IMG/VR virus record: IMGVR_UViG_3300022226_000002
Coordinates: 14,934-78,933 of that record
DNA: 64,000 bases
Reading direction: 5' to 3' (one strand)
Source of the DNA: a virus
A program made the position numbers and the translations under genes. Shown piece by piece: positions 16,430 through 26,422 of the stretch. The notes beneath the pieces are model-generated. The model was not told the DNA's origin, made no database searches, and saw only the letters and a program-made list of their open reading frames with translations. Each line of letters begins with the position of its first letter. The first letter of the stretch is position 1.

Positions 16430-16825
16430 ATGACCACGACACGCAAACGCCGAAACTGCCGATTCTGGGCCTACGTCAACGGCGGCCCGGTCAAGATCAC
16501 CCTCAAGCCCGGTCAACGGCTCGAACACTCCGAGGGTGGCCCCACCGATGAGGGCTGGCATTGTGACTCCACCGCCTGGGAATACCCCGCAGACGAGGCG
16601 GCAGTGTACCGCGAATGGTGCAGCGATGGCCGCGACTGCGACGGACGGCTTACCCACAGCGGGGAGGATCGGTGCCCACTCGATCAGCTCGACGCGGGCA
16701 ACGTGCCGTATGTGACCGACGAAGACAACCACGCCACCTGGTGGGGAGTGATCTGGCCTGACTGGCAGGAACACCGGAACCACGGGGGTACGACGAATAC
16801 GCCCAGGCTGCCGGCTATTGAGTGA
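16430..16825 (+). CDS. Hypothetical phage protein (possible frameshift near the 3' end)
   Basis: RFWAYVNGGPVKITLKPGQ..GGPTDEGW..DGRDCDG. Confidence 0.7.
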   Translation: MTTTRKRRNCRFWAYVNGGPVKITLKPGQRLEHSEGGPTDEGWHCDSTAWEYPADEAAVYREWCSDGRDCDGRLTHSGEDRCPLDQLDAGNVPYVTDEDNHATWWGVIWPDWQEHRNHGGTTNTPRLPAIE

Positions 16826-16926
16826 GCCGAGGACACGCGGCGCGACGGTCGCGCCGCGTTCCTCGTTTCATTCCGAAACGACCGGCTGGGCGGTTTCCCA
16901 GCGACCACGACCGGAGGCCACGACAG

Positions 16927-17139
16927 ATGACCACGACCTTCCAAATCTACGTAGACCGAGGCAACGGCCTGGAACTCGACGGATGCTGGGGCAGTGAACA
17001 TGCCCAATTCGAGAGCCAACAGGAAGCCGCAGAAGCCGCCCAGCACTTACACAACTGCTACCCGGACTGTGAATGGGTGGTAGTGGATGAATTCACTGAG
17101 AACGAAATCCTACGCTTGCCCACCTCACCACGACCTTAG
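16927..17139 (+). CDS. Small acidic protein
   Basis: GGAGG RBS. Confidence 0.6.
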   Translation: MTTTFQIYVDRGNGLELDGCWGSEHAQFESQQEAAEAAQHLHNCYPDCEWVVVDEFTENEILRLPTSPRP

Positions 17140-17151
17140 GAGGGTTAGAAC

Positions 17152-17703
17152 ATGGGCCTCGACATGTACCTGTACAAGAGAACGTATGTCAAAAACTGGG
17201 ATCATTACCCAAAAGACGAGAGACACCACGTCACAGTGCGAAAAGGTACCGCCTTACACCCTGAAATTAAACCAGAACGGGTGTGCTACATCATTGAACA
17301 GGTGGCCTACTGGAGGAAGGCAAACGCCATTCACAGGTGGTTCGTGGAGAACGTCCAAGACGGAAACGATAACTGCGGCGAGCACTACCTTGAAAGGGAC
17401 CAGATAGAAAGCTTGGTCAATCTCTGCAAAGAAGTCTTGAGCACCGTCGAGACCGTCGAGGGCGATGTCAGCACCGGGACCAGTTACTACCCTGATGGCC
17501 GGGTTGAACATCACTCAAAGCGTGGCCCAAAAGTCGCTCAGGTGAGCATTGCAGAGGACAAGCTGCCCACGCAATCGGGGTTCTTTTTCGGTGGCACAGA
17601 ATACGACGAATACTACCTCGAAGACCTCAAACAAACGGTAAAGATGCTCGAGCCGCTGCTTGACGAGACGGAAGGCGATTTTTACTACCGTTCTTCGTGG
17701 TAA
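17152..17703 (+). CDS. Conserved phage protein of unknown function
   Basis: MGLDMYL..YWRKANAIHRWF..GFFFGGTEYDEYY..YRSSW; AGGAGG RBS. Confidence 0.8.
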   Translation: MGLDMYLYKRTYVKNWDHYPKDERHHVTVRKGTALHPEIKPERVCYIIEQVAYWRKANAIHRWFVENVQDGNDNCGEHYLERDQIESLVNLCKEVLSTVETVEGDVSTGTSYYPDGRVEHHSKRGPKVAQVSIAEDKLPTQSGFFFGGTEYDEYYLEDLKQTVKMLEPLLDETEGDFYYRSSW

Positions 17704-17902
17704 ATCTGATGACCTAACAGAGAAGGAACACGACGATGGAAGATGCATTAGTTGAACTCGCCCACGCCGCAATCAGCGGCGCTTGCTGGCTGGCCGCCGT
17801 TTACTGGATCGGTCGCCCGCTCGTCTTATTGGGTATCGACCTGGCGAAAGCCAAGTACATTCCGACACCACCGCCACGCCAGAAACCCCGCGAGGTGACA
17901 CC

Positions 17903-18001
17903 ATGATCGCTGAAACGATAATCAGCCTATCGGTGCTCATCACGGCCGGATTCGGGCTGGCCTACTGCGTCGCCGTTCTTACGCGAGACGAAACAGGCTA
18001 G
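17903..18001 (+). CDS. Small single-TM peptide
   Basis: GAGG RBS; hydrophobic 32 aa. Confidence 0.45.
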   Translation: MIAETIISLSVLITAGFGLAYCVAVLTRDETG

Positions 18002-18026
18002 GGATTCGTCGTGGTCTCCCTAGCAG

Positions 18027-18064
18027 CGCCGGGTCGGTCACTGAACCGGCCCGGCGTCTTTTTT
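18027..18064 (+). terminator. Intrinsic terminator
   Basis: GCGCCGGGTCGGT-CACTGA-ACCGGCCCGGCGT followed by CTTTTTT. Confidence 0.7.
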
Positions 18065-18084
18065 ACCCCCGAACGGAGCACAAA

Positions 18085-18360
18085 ATGAAAACTGTAGCCA
18101 GCCAGCTCAGCGTACAGATCGGCAACCTAAGAGCCGAGAATCACGAACTGCGGATCAACACGACCCACCTGGAATGGTTGCTCGCAAACGCGCACGAGTC
18201 GCTCCAGGAGCAGACCGCCGAAATCGAGCGGCTGAGGAACCTTCTAATCGAGCGAGAAGTCTGCCCCGACTGTGGGAACATGACCGTCGAAGTGGACGAG
18301 GATGGGCGCTGGTTCTGCACTTCGGGATTGCCAGGCTGCCAAAACAATGACGGAGGCTAA
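18085..18360 (+). CDS. Coiled-coil plus zinc-ribbon protein
   Basis: AEIERLR; CPDCG..WFC..C. Confidence 0.65.
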   Translation: MKTVASQLSVQIGNLRAENHELRINTTHLEWLLANAHESLQEQTAEIERLRNLLIEREVCPDCGNMTVEVDEDGRWFCTSGLPGCQNNDGG

Positions 18361-18647
18361 CCATGCTGGAAACTATCGGACTCGTACTGTTCCGATCCGC
18401 GGTCATCACCGGCCTGGGGTTGACCCTTCTGTGCCTCGTAATCTGGACCGACGAATGAACTACGAGCACTCGGGACACAAGCATTTCTGCTGCCCCTGAT
18501 CGTCTTCGACGATTACGACGTTCGCCCACCACCAAATCCGCCAGCAGTTATGGCAACGGATACACGATTCGTACGTCTCGCCGCCGCTGACGGGACAGCG
18601 GGGGGTTCCGTCCCCATGAAATCCCTCGTGTTCTGTCGTACCGGGAA

Positions 18648-19109
18648 TCACCGGCAGAATTCTTGGTACAGCCCCTCCGCTTCCCAGGTGTAATACTCCG
18701 CAATCCATGCGTAGTAGGCTGCGTTTCCCCAGTCCTGAGCAGCGAAATACCCGTCAGATAACGCCATCGCGCTATCGGCCCCAATCATGTAGTTTTCTGC
18801 TGGATGCCAGTAATTCTCCATATCAAACTGCGTCGCTGGGCCGGTCTGTGGGTTCTGGCTACGCTCCTCGGCCTCATCCCTCGCGGCGCTCGCAAATCCG
18901 AATCCAACAGCGGCCTCGTGTCTTTGCTGAGTAGCCTGCATTTCACTCGGCGTGCTCATCATGTCAGCGAGACGATCCCCGCCTGTTGCCGAAAGCCACC
19001 GCTCCATCCGCTGCAACTGGTCGATACCGACGACCAGATTGATGTCGACGGCTTCTGCGGACGAACACACGCCCACGATCAGTGCTGCTGCGATCAGTGC
19101 CGTTTTCAT
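18648..19109 (-). CDS. Secreted helical protein
   Basis: Signal peptide MKTALIAAALIVGVCSSAEA; GGAG RBS. Confidence 0.7.
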   Translation of the reverse strand: MKTALIAAALIVGVCSSAEAVDINLVVGIDQLQRMERWLSATGGDRLADMMSTPSEMQATQQRHEAAVGFGFASAARDEAEERSQNPQTGPATQFDMENYWHPAENYMIGADSAMALSDGYFAAQDWGNAAYYAWIAEYYTWEAEGLYQEFCR

Positions 19110-19161
19110 GGTTTTTCTCCAGAGAACCACCATACCCGTTACTGCAGCTCGTCGTATCATC

Positions 19162-19371
19162 TCATTCCCCTTTTTTGGATTCCTCGAGCCTCTCGCGATA
19201 AGCGTTGTCAGCCTCGTACGATTTCTGTGCTGCTCTGTACGGCTCTAGCTTTGCAACCTCAGACCGTAGTCGCTCGATTTCGTCGGCTGCTTCTTGTAGG
19301 TATGCACAGGCATAGCCGTTGGGCAAAGTCTGAGCACACGCCCTTAGCCGTTCAACGATGTAGTCGCTCAC
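19162..19371 (-). CDS. Small coiled-coil protein (EAADEIERLR)
   Basis: GGAGG RBS with GTG start. Confidence 0.65.
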   Translation of the reverse strand: MSDYIVERLRACAQTLPNGYACAYLQEAADEIERLRSEVAKLEPYRAAQKSYEADNAYRERLEESKKGE

Positions 19372-19583
19372 GTTAACCTCCCTATGCGTTTCTGTACTTT
19401 CGTCCCCTTCACCAGAATCAGCCACCCCTGCTCCCGAAACACGTACGCACCGCTGACGTTGTGCTCGTACCGCTCAAAGCTCAGGCGCCGGCGAGTAGTA
19501 TGTGCCCGCCAGCGCTTCGCGACATCCGTCACCTTACACACTGAAAGGAGCGTACCGGCTGGAATCTCGAAGCGATCACACAC
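19368..19583 (-). CDS. Small hypothetical protein
   Basis: Coupled to the downstream gene. Confidence 0.5.
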   Translation of the reverse strand: MCDRFEIPAGTLLSVCKVTDVAKRWRAHTTRRRLSFERYEHNVSGAYVFREQGWLILVKGTKVQKRIGRLT

Positions 19584-20480
19584 AGAACAACAACTCCTCC
19601 GACGCTCTCGTGGCCGCTGTATACCGCCATCGATCGAGCAGGCTCAAACTCAACAACAACGTAGTCTTGCATAGCTTTCCCTCTCAATGTCTTATCGACG
19701 AGGTATGAACGTCGTTTGTGCTAACCCGGCCCAGGAGTTCGCAGGACAACCCGTCAGCGCAATGCCCCCCCCTCCCCGCTACTTGTTTTTCGACGCCGCT
19801 CAGCAACCCCTCCAACGTCGCCCAGCATTTGCGCAGTTGCTGGGAATTCATCACGCAACTTGGGATATGACTCCCTAGGCCGAGTCCGTAGACCCGCCAC
19901 CAGCCCGGAACAGTGTCAGTGCCCGGCATTCTGGATCATGGCCATTGCGTGATTGGCTCTTTTTCCGGTGTCGCTGTGCCTGCTGGCCTTGGCTCCGGTC
20001 ACCTGGCTTCGCCTTACCATCTACCGCTACACCTACGTGGGTGGAATGTGGGCGCAAAAAAGGCCCTCGGCAGAGCCAGGCAGCACAAGGGGATTGCCTT
20101 GTTCGGTGTCCTGGTTGCCGAGGAATTGTGCCGGCGCCCGCGGGAGCGGGAATGTCCCAGCCTTCCCCGCGGGCTAAACGTCCGCTTAATGGCGCGGATG
20201 TTGAGTCGAAATAGACGGTTGCCTGACCTGACCCCAGGCAGTAGCCCCACGCAAGGCCGGGTCGCGAACACCGGCCGCCGGCTAGAACCGTCGCAGATAT
20301 TGGTGGGAATCTGTCGCCTTCTACGACCCGGTTTGGACCCGGTGACTCTGTATCTGGGCGGGTTCGCACATTCCGAATTCCGTGGTGCATGCGGATGTGT
20401 GAAGCACCCTCCCACGTTACGGCAGCAAGGCGAGGTGGTTTGGTGCCCCTCGCACGCCATAGCCCAGTAGCCAAATTCCC

Positions 20481-20583
20481 AAAAAAAGAGCCCCCGACAG
20501 TTGCGAAGTGTCGAGGGCCAGATATCGCGTGCCGAGAGAGCAGAAAGCGATATGTTGAATTGTACGTCATGGTCTCTCTCGGC
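20481..20583 (-). promoter_or_regulatory. Attenuator-like leader and terminator
   Basis: GCCGAGAGAG (20583-74) is complementary to CTCTCTCGGC (20540-31) inside an ATATCGC/GCGATAT hairpin, followed by a GCCCTCGACA/TGTCGGGGGC stem and T7. Confidence 0.6.
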
Positions 20584-20627
20584 TGAAGTTCCACTGCTCT
20601 GCTTCGCTCAGAGCGTTCACGTAGTTT

Positions 20628-20936
20628 CTACTCTCTGACTGAAACTGTCAAGATTCCCATTTCGTGGGCCGCCTCTAAAACATGCCCATCGCCTGGATCG
20701 GCCTCGATTCCGTGGCATCCTGCAGCGGTTTCCATCTCGATGATCCGCTCCCGAAGCGAGGTGCAGCCCGCGCACTGCTTGTGGGTGAACGGATCACCCT
20801 GGAAGATGCCAGTGGTCTTCTGGTAGATTTCGCCTTTCTGAATCGTTCTACCGCACTCGTAGCACTGATGTGGCTTTCGAGCCCTGGGTTTTGATTGGGT
20901 AAAGCAGTCGTAGGGTTCGGTGTCTATGAAGCACAT
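20628..20936 (-). CDS. Zinc-finger phage protein
   Basis: RARKPHQCYECGRTIQKGEIY..CAGC. Confidence 0.75.
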   Translation of the reverse strand: MCFIDTEPYDCFTQSKPRARKPHQCYECGRTIQKGEIYQKTTGIFQGDPFTHKQCAGCTSLRERIIEMETAAGCHGIEADPGDGHVLEAAHEMGILTVSVRE

Positions 20937-20939
20937 GGA

Positions 20940-21311
20940 TTACTCCCTTGTCATCCAATCCACCACCTCCCACAGCTCAATCCTACGGGGGGCGTTCGGG
21001 CTAGTCAGTTCCAGGTACGCCGCCAGGTCGAAATCTGAGGGCCTGCGTGCCCTCAGGAGGGCCAATTGCCGAGATTCCGGCCATTCACCCTTATTCTCGA
21101 AAGGACCGCCGTTACAGGCCCAGCAGAGCACCAGAACGGCATATGGCTGGTCGAGGGCCTTCTGGCGGTTTGTTCCGTTGGCTATTTCGTGTACGCACAG
21201 TTTCCGCTTCGCTCCGCAGTTCTCGCAGCGGCCGACCCGTGCAACCAGGGCCTCTCGGAACGGTTTGGCCTCCCGCTCACGCCGAGCCCGTTTCTTACTT
21301 TTTGTCCGCAT
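20940..21311 (-). CDS. HNH-like nuclease
   Basis: CENCG..LCVHEI..LVLCWACN. Confidence 0.65.
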   Translation of the reverse strand: MRTKSKKRARREREAKPFREALVARVGRCENCGAKRKLCVHEIANGTNRQKALDQPYAVLVLCWACNGGPFENKGEWPESRQLALLRARRPSDFDLAAYLELTSPNAPRRIELWEVVDWMTRE

Positions 21312-21570
21312 CTGCGCCGTTATCCTTCAAAATAAACGACCAGTCAGTTCCGACCATTGCCAGAAACAGTACGTCGCCTTCAATCTCCACCGGCCTGACA
21401 TGGGAGTCCTCCAGCCGACGACAGAAACACTCGATGCACAGAACTTCGTGGGGTTGGCATCCTGCCAAACTCCACAGATCATCGGACACGGAAAATTCAA
21501 ACCGCTGCACTCGCTCGCAGCGATCACAGGTTTGATGGTTCAAAGTCACACTCCACACATGCCGCTGCAC
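21295..21570 (-). CDS. Small zinc-binding protein
   Basis: CDRC..SVSDDLW..LCIECFCRRL. Confidence 0.55.
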   Translation of the reverse strand: MQRHVWSVTLNHQTCDRCERVQRFEFSVSDDLWSLAGCQPHEVLCIECFCRRLEDSHVRPVEIEGDVLFLAMVGTDWSFILKDNGADADKK

Positions 21571-22388
21571 TCATCCGCAAATAGCGGCAGCTGGTTTTTG
21601 TCCTGGTCCTTCCACAGGTTCGCCTGATCCAACGGAACCCTGTCCGAGTGAACATACACATCCCCTCGCATGCCACCACACTTTCGGATGGCGGCGTCGA
21701 ATTCCACGGCCTCCTGCCATGCCTCGGGGTCATTGGCCTGCATTTCTCGCCACTCCCGGTTGTGGTGGTACGGACAGGCAATACAGGCTGACCTCGGTGC
21801 CTGGGGATAGCCATGCTCCTCCAGCCACTGAAGGCACATAATACGGGTGATCCGACGCTCGACCAGCGGATACCAGTTCTCCGCAAACTTATCCTCGCTG
21901 ATTCGCATCCTCTGTCGCTCGTCGTGGCTGATCCCGTACCAGCGTCTGATGACAACTTCCTTGGGTGCTCGCTGCCGGGGTTTTAGTCCAAGAACCTGAC
22001 GCCGGATACAAAGTTCGATCGGTCGGATCTTGTACTCGTAGGTGCATTGCCTGCGAATCTGGCCACGTTCACCATTTGGGCCGAGAACGAAATACGGCAT
22101 GCTGGCCCAGCGGCTTTTTTTGGCACCATCTCCTGGTTCCCCGCGAACTTGTCCCTCTAGTGCGTTTGCCTTGATATTCCCAATCGACACCCTGTGGGCC
22201 TTAATTCCGGCCTTTGTCGCCTTCTCCTCCAGCCAGTCCATCTGCTCATAGACAGCCTTTGGTTCCCAACCGGTGTCGGCGAAGATGGCGTGGTCTAGCC
22301 GAGGCAGTTCCCCCTCGATCGACATGAGCAGCACGGTACTGGACTGGACGCCAGCACCGAGGTTGAGAACTTCAATCAGTTCCGTCAT
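21546..22388 (-). CDS. PAPS-reductase-like (PP-loop) protein
   Basis: LNLGAGVQSS, IFADTGWE, RQCTYEYKI, RSACIACPY and ECSGMCGV motifs. Confidence 0.8.
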   Translation of the reverse strand: MTELIEVLNLGAGVQSSTVLLMSIEGELPRLDHAIFADTGWEPKAVYEQMDWLEEKATKAGIKAHRVSIGNIKANALEGQVRGEPGDGAKKSRWASMPYFVLGPNGERGQIRRQCTYEYKIRPIELCIRRQVLGLKPRQRAPKEVVIRRWYGISHDERQRMRISEDKFAENWYPLVERRITRIMCLQWLEEHGYPQAPRSACIACPYHHNREWREMQANDPEAWQEAVEFDAAIRKCGGMRGDVYVHSDRVPLDQANLWKDQDKNQLPLFADECSGMCGV

Positions 22389-22581
22389 GGTGGCCTCCCG
22401 CTCCCGCTTCGCCCTCTTTTTGCTCTTGGTCCGCATCATTCCATGTCCATGCCAACAGAACGATTTCCATGACAGCTGCGTCAATAACACTGTCCGCTGG
22501 CAAATCGACTGGCGGATCTCGCCAGCCTAAAAAATGTCTTTTAATGGCTTCGTTGCCCTCCCGAACCAGTTCACTGTCCAT
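22372..22581 (-). CDS. Small hypothetical protein
   Basis: Fills the gap in a run of minus-strand genes. Confidence 0.45.
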   Translation of the reverse strand: MDSELVREGNEAIKRHFLGWRDPPVDLPADSVIDAAVMEIVLLAWTWNDADQEQKEGEAGAGGHHDGTD

Positions 22582-22600
22582 CGGTTTCTCCCGGCCAGAA

Positions 22601-22822
22601 TCACCTCTCCCTTTTGACTTGCTGGATCAGCCGCTTGTTGGCCAGCCGCCGGTCCTGCCAACACTCGAAGCAGGTGCCCGAGTCGATATGCACCAACTCG
22701 GTCCTGTGGCCGCAGCTGGCCCGGATACCGTTCTTGTGTCGCCGGAATAGCGCCATCATGGCCTCGTGCTGTTCGTGCTGTCGCGTCCAACTCTGAATCT
22801 TCTTAGTTGATTGTCGTCGCAT
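22601..22822 (-). CDS. Small zinc-binding protein
   Basis: SCGH..CFEC; coupled start. Confidence 0.55.
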   Translation of the reverse strand: MRRQSTKKIQSWTRQHEQHEAMMALFRRHKNGIRASCGHRTELVHIDSGTCFECWQDRRLANKRLIQQVKRER

Positions 22823-23088
22823 CACTCCAGCCCTTTTTCCTCGGCCAGCCACCGCGGAATCCGAATGCTGTCAATCCAATCGTCCCGTTCGGGCACGTCT
22901 CCGTCTATCTGGCTGATCGGGATCCACAGCGCGATGTCGCCATCGTAATCCTCCGTGTCGGTCAGGCCGATCGCCTTGTCCGTCCTCGCCAGCACCAGCA
23001 TTTCGTCGGCGAACACGATTTCGACGATCTCGCCGCGGGGTTCGGGCTTGTCCTGGAATTTGTCGGGCCATTCGCTAAGTGGCATCAT
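22822..23088 (-). CDS. Small beta-barrel-like phage protein
   Basis: TDKAI..WIPISQI..IPRWLAEEKGL pattern. Confidence 0.7.
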   Translation of the reverse strand: MMPLSEWPDKFQDKPEPRGEIVEIVFADEMLVLARTDKAIGLTDTEDYDGDIALWIPISQIDGDVPERDDWIDSIRIPRWLAEEKGLE

Positions 23089-23408
23089 AATTCCTCCTCG
23101 AATTCAAACTCCCTGTGAACCGTCCCGGCCCTCAGGAGTTTCGGCGTCAGCTCGTAAGGCTGAATCGGCTCGTCCTGCCGCTTCTCGGCCATTGCTCGAG
23201 CGATCTCCTCCGAAACCGGCGTGATGGCGTAAATCGACCCGGTGCCGATCAGTTTGCTCCACGCCTGGGTTTTCTCGGTCTTGGGAACGTCGACCCGGAC
23301 AAAGCCTGTACCGGCAATAACCTGTTCAGTTACGCGGCCGATGTAGCGCTGATGCCCCATCACATCAACGATGGCCCATTCGTCAAAGGTTGGTGCGTGA
23401 TCTGTCAT
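23085..23408 (-). CDS. Conserved phage protein
   Basis: WAIVDVMGHQRYIGRVTEQVIAGTGFVRVDVP..SIYAITPVSEE. Confidence 0.75.
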   Translation of the reverse strand: MTDHAPTFDEWAIVDVMGHQRYIGRVTEQVIAGTGFVRVDVPKTEKTQAWSKLIGTGSIYAITPVSEEIARAMAEKRQDEPIQPYELTPKLLRAGTVHREFEFEEEL

Positions 23409-23788
23409 GCGTTTCCTTTCTGAGTTCGGACTTGATGGCATCCCTTGCACCGCACTGCCAACCCATATGTCTCGCAGAACAAACGTTCGGCGAACGGACG
23501 AAAGTCGTCCCAGCTTTTCAGCTGCCCGCACGGGACTATGTGGTCCACCTCTACCTCTTTCCGCGGGAACCATCCCAAGCAGTCGGCGCATTCATACTCC
23601 CATTTCAAACGCTTGTTGCTGCTCTGGCTCGGCCGGCGCGCCTGCTTCAGGGCCAGTCTTGCCAAAGGCGGCCATTTTCGCGAGGCGGCTCGCAAGTTTG
23701 AGCGGAGGAAGGCCCAGAACGAAGCCTCGGTCCACTCTCCGCCAGCACGGGTTCTAGCCACGCGGTTTGTCTTGGGTTTCCGGGCCAT
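23405..23788 (-). CDS. HNH endonuclease
   Basis: YECADC..EVEVDHIVPCG..CKGCH. Confidence 0.8.
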   Translation of the reverse strand: MARKPKTNRVARTRAGGEWTEASFWAFLRSNLRAASRKWPPLARLALKQARRPSQSSNKRLKWEYECADCLGWFPRKEVEVDHIVPCGQLKSWDDFRPFAERLFCETYGLAVRCKGCHQVRTQKGNA

Positions 23789-23929
23789 CAAAACAGCTTC
23801 TTCTGTGCGTCCAGGACGTTCTTCACGGCGGAATCGACTCGACGTTCCAATTCTTTGGCCGTGCTGAGCCACTGGGGTGAACGCTCTTTGAAATATGACT
23901 TTTGAGCGTCTCGCATCTGTCGGACCAGT

Positions 23930-24157
23930 TCAGCGAATTCCTCGATCTTCATTTATCCTAACCCATTGTGTTCCGATACACTCGTCACCACCCTTGTTGA
24001 AAATAGGCTGGGCAACAAACTCCGCTGTCTCACCCTGTTGTAATTCTCCAAACCCAAGAATGGTTATCGGTTCCTTACAAACAACATTGATAGTATCGTG
24101 TGGTCTGGGTGATCCAGGAAGAGAATACTTTTCTGATCGTGGTATCTCGAGCTTCAT
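23930..24157 (-). CDS. Small hypothetical protein
   Basis: GAGG RBS; coupled. Confidence 0.55.
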   Translation of the reverse strand: MKLEIPRSEKYSLPGSPRPHDTINVVCKEPITILGFGELQQGETAEFVAQPIFNKGGDECIGTQWVRINEDRGIR

Positions 24158-24417
24158 TTATCCTCTCCTCCATTCTTCACCTGCTTTCGCAGTTCGATAA
24201 ACGCGGCCGACGCCTTGTCCAGGCGATCTGTCACAGTTGCCTCTAGCTTCCCGAATTCCATGTGCAGCCGTTTCATGGCTTGGTCACGCTCTGATTCGCG
24301 GGTCTGCAAATCCTTGACCTGCTTCCGCAGCAACTCGATCGCCATCGACCGCAACTGTTCCCGATAGGCTTCGACCTGGCCCTTCAAGCGAGCGATTTCA
24401 AGGTCCTTCTCGTCCAT
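24154..24417 (-). CDS. Coiled-coil protein
   Basis: Heptad pattern; coupled. Confidence 0.65.
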   Translation of the reverse strand: MDEKDLEIARLKGQVEAYREQLRSMAIELLRKQVKDLQTRESERDQAMKRLHMEFGKLEATVTDRLDKASAAFIELRKQVKNGGEDK

Positions 24418-24824
24418 TAGTTTCCATATGCAAGCATGTCGCAGAGACGATTTGACTTAAGTAATCGCCCCCAAAATTCGCCTCTTTGAGCAGTAACCTC
24501 GCGGCACATATCGGCGACCGTAATTTTGGAACCCAATTCGCCCTTGGAAGACAACCACAATTCGTACGCGCTCCATCCGAACCACAACTCAAGTTCGTCG
24601 ACAGGTGGCGTTACGATCAAAGGAGACATAAATCCTAGAGCAACTAGACGCCGAGACAGCGGGACAACTTCTGGACTCTCGTACAACTCACGCGGGTCAA
24701 GGTCGTAACCGCCAATCGTCAACTGATATGGATCGCCTCGGTTCAAGACAACATGCGTCGCACGGCGTAAAGCGTTTACAAGATCGGCCTCTGTATCGTC
24801 TTTGTGAACCATCAGTAAATTCAT
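24417..24824 (-). CDS. Hypothetical protein
   Basis: GYDLDPRELYESPEV motif; coupled. Confidence 0.65.
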   Translation of the reverse strand: MNLLMVHKDDTEADLVNALRRATHVVLNRGDPYQLTIGGYDLDPRELYESPEVVPLSRRLVALGFMSPLIVTPPVDELELWFGWSAYELWLSSKGELGSKITVADMCREVTAQRGEFWGRLLKSNRLCDMLAYGN

Positions 24825-26422
24825 CGTCTGCTCCTCAGATGCGGATACACAGCTTCCGGTGCGCGTTTCATGTCCGCCGAGTTATCGGGTAAATACTTCA
24901 AACCCTTGCGAGGCCATCGCCCCTGCTCACGCTGAAACATCGCCTTGCACCAGTTCAGCGTCTTCTTCTGTTTGTCGCGATTCTGAGCTTTGGAATTCCA
25001 TCCGCGCGCGATGAAGACCCACTTAAGCCACGCTGCTTCTTCGCTGTCTTGATTCTTTTTCTTGCGCCTGCGAATCTCATCGGCCGGAACCGACCGAATG
25101 GAACCATCCTCGAACCGAATACGGCGAACTGACTTGGTGCCGACGTTCTCGCCGCAATTCGGGCATTTCCCTCCGACGCATTTCTGATAGGGTCTGAGTG
25201 CTTCTTTGCACATCGGGCACACCCATGGCTTGCGGGTAGCCCAGGACTCTCCACATGATTCGCACTTATAGTTGCCGTCAATTGGTCCGTAAATGTCCTT
25301 GGAACCGCATTTTGGACAGCGAGTACCAGCTTTTCGCTCGTTGATCTCTTCGATGGTCTGGTCGTTAGTAATCTCACACCAGGGTGGGTCTTGATCCGGG
25401 TGAACCATGTGGCGCCACAGGTTTCCGGCGAAATCAATTACGACTGCTGACTCTTGACCTTCGTGTGGGCGTTTAATTCGCCCAAGTTTCTGCCAGTACA
25501 CCCGAAATTGGTGAGTGGGCTGAAGGTCAATCAAACACTGTGCGATTGGCAAGTCGAGTCCTTCTCGGACCACATCCACGCCGAGCAGCATCTGGCAGTC
25601 TGTCTCTTTGAATTCGCTGAATGTGTCGTCTCGCTCATCCTGATGAGTTGTTCCGTCCACGATCTTCGCGGTAATGCCTTGAGTTATGGCAATCTTGTGG
25701 AACTGGTTGCACACCGCGCGATTCGGGAAAACCACCATCGTCTGCATGTGCCGATACGGTTCCCACTCCTTGAAGACGTCGCCGTACACGGTGCAGGATT
25801 CGACTCGTTGTCCAATCTCGTCCTGACTGGCGGACTTCAGGTTGATCCCACCCATATCGGGCTCGCTCGGCGCTAGATACGGGTATACTGGCAACAAGTG
25901 CCGCGCTTCAATCACTGCGGTATTCCGAATTGGCTCGATAACCACATCAAAATGGCCAATCTTCGACCCTCCTGGTCCAACAGGAGTTGCCGTCAGCCCA
26001 AGGGCACGTACAGACGGGAATCGCTCTTTCAGCAACCTGCGGTAAGCGTCGTTCTCCTGGTGGGCTTCGTCGAGGATGATGAAGTCGGGCTGGTCGATCC
26101 CATGGAACTTGCGGCGCTTAAGCGTCTGGATGCTGGCAACTTGCACTGGGGCTTCATGGTCTTGGTCTTCGCTCCCCATAATGATGCCCGTGCGTATACC
26201 GGCCTGCTTACAGTGGTCACGGAGCTGGCGAACAATCTGGCGCCGGTTCGTAGCAATCAGGACTCGATTGCCCTTGGATGCGGACTTCATTCCCATGTCG
26301 GCGATGACGACGCCCTTGCCGAATCCGGTCGGCGCTGTGGCGAGCACGCAACGATTCCTGCTGAACGCTTTGCGGATCTCGTCCTCAAATTCGACCTGTT
26401 GTGGGCGAAGCGTGTACGTCAT
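24821..26422 (-). CDS. Superfamily 2 (DEAH) helicase with C-terminal zinc fingers
   Basis: LRPQQ, APTGFGKG, ILDEAH, LGLTATP, EGLDLP, QKLGRIKR and several CxxC motifs. Confidence 0.9.
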   Translation of the reverse strand: MTYTLRPQQVEFEDEIRKAFSRNRCVLATAPTGFGKGVVIADMGMKSASKGNRVLIATNRRQIVRQLRDHCKQAGIRTGIIMGSEDQDHEAPVQVASIQTLKRRKFHGIDQPDFIILDEAHQENDAYRRLLKERFPSVRALGLTATPVGPGGSKIGHFDVVIEPIRNTAVIEARHLLPVYPYLAPSEPDMGGINLKSASQDEIGQRVESCTVYGDVFKEWEPYRHMQTMVVFPNRAVCNQFHKIAITQGITAKIVDGTTHQDERDDTFSEFKETDCQMLLGVDVVREGLDLPIAQCLIDLQPTHQFRVYWQKLGRIKRPHEGQESAVVIDFAGNLWRHMVHPDQDPPWCEITNDQTIEEINERKAGTRCPKCGSKDIYGPIDGNYKCESCGESWATRKPWVCPMCKEALRPYQKCVGGKCPNCGENVGTKSVRRIRFEDGSIRSVPADEIRRRKKKNQDSEEAAWLKWVFIARGWNSKAQNRDKQKKTLNWCKAMFQREQGRWPRKGLKYLPDNSADMKRAPEAVYPHLRSRR

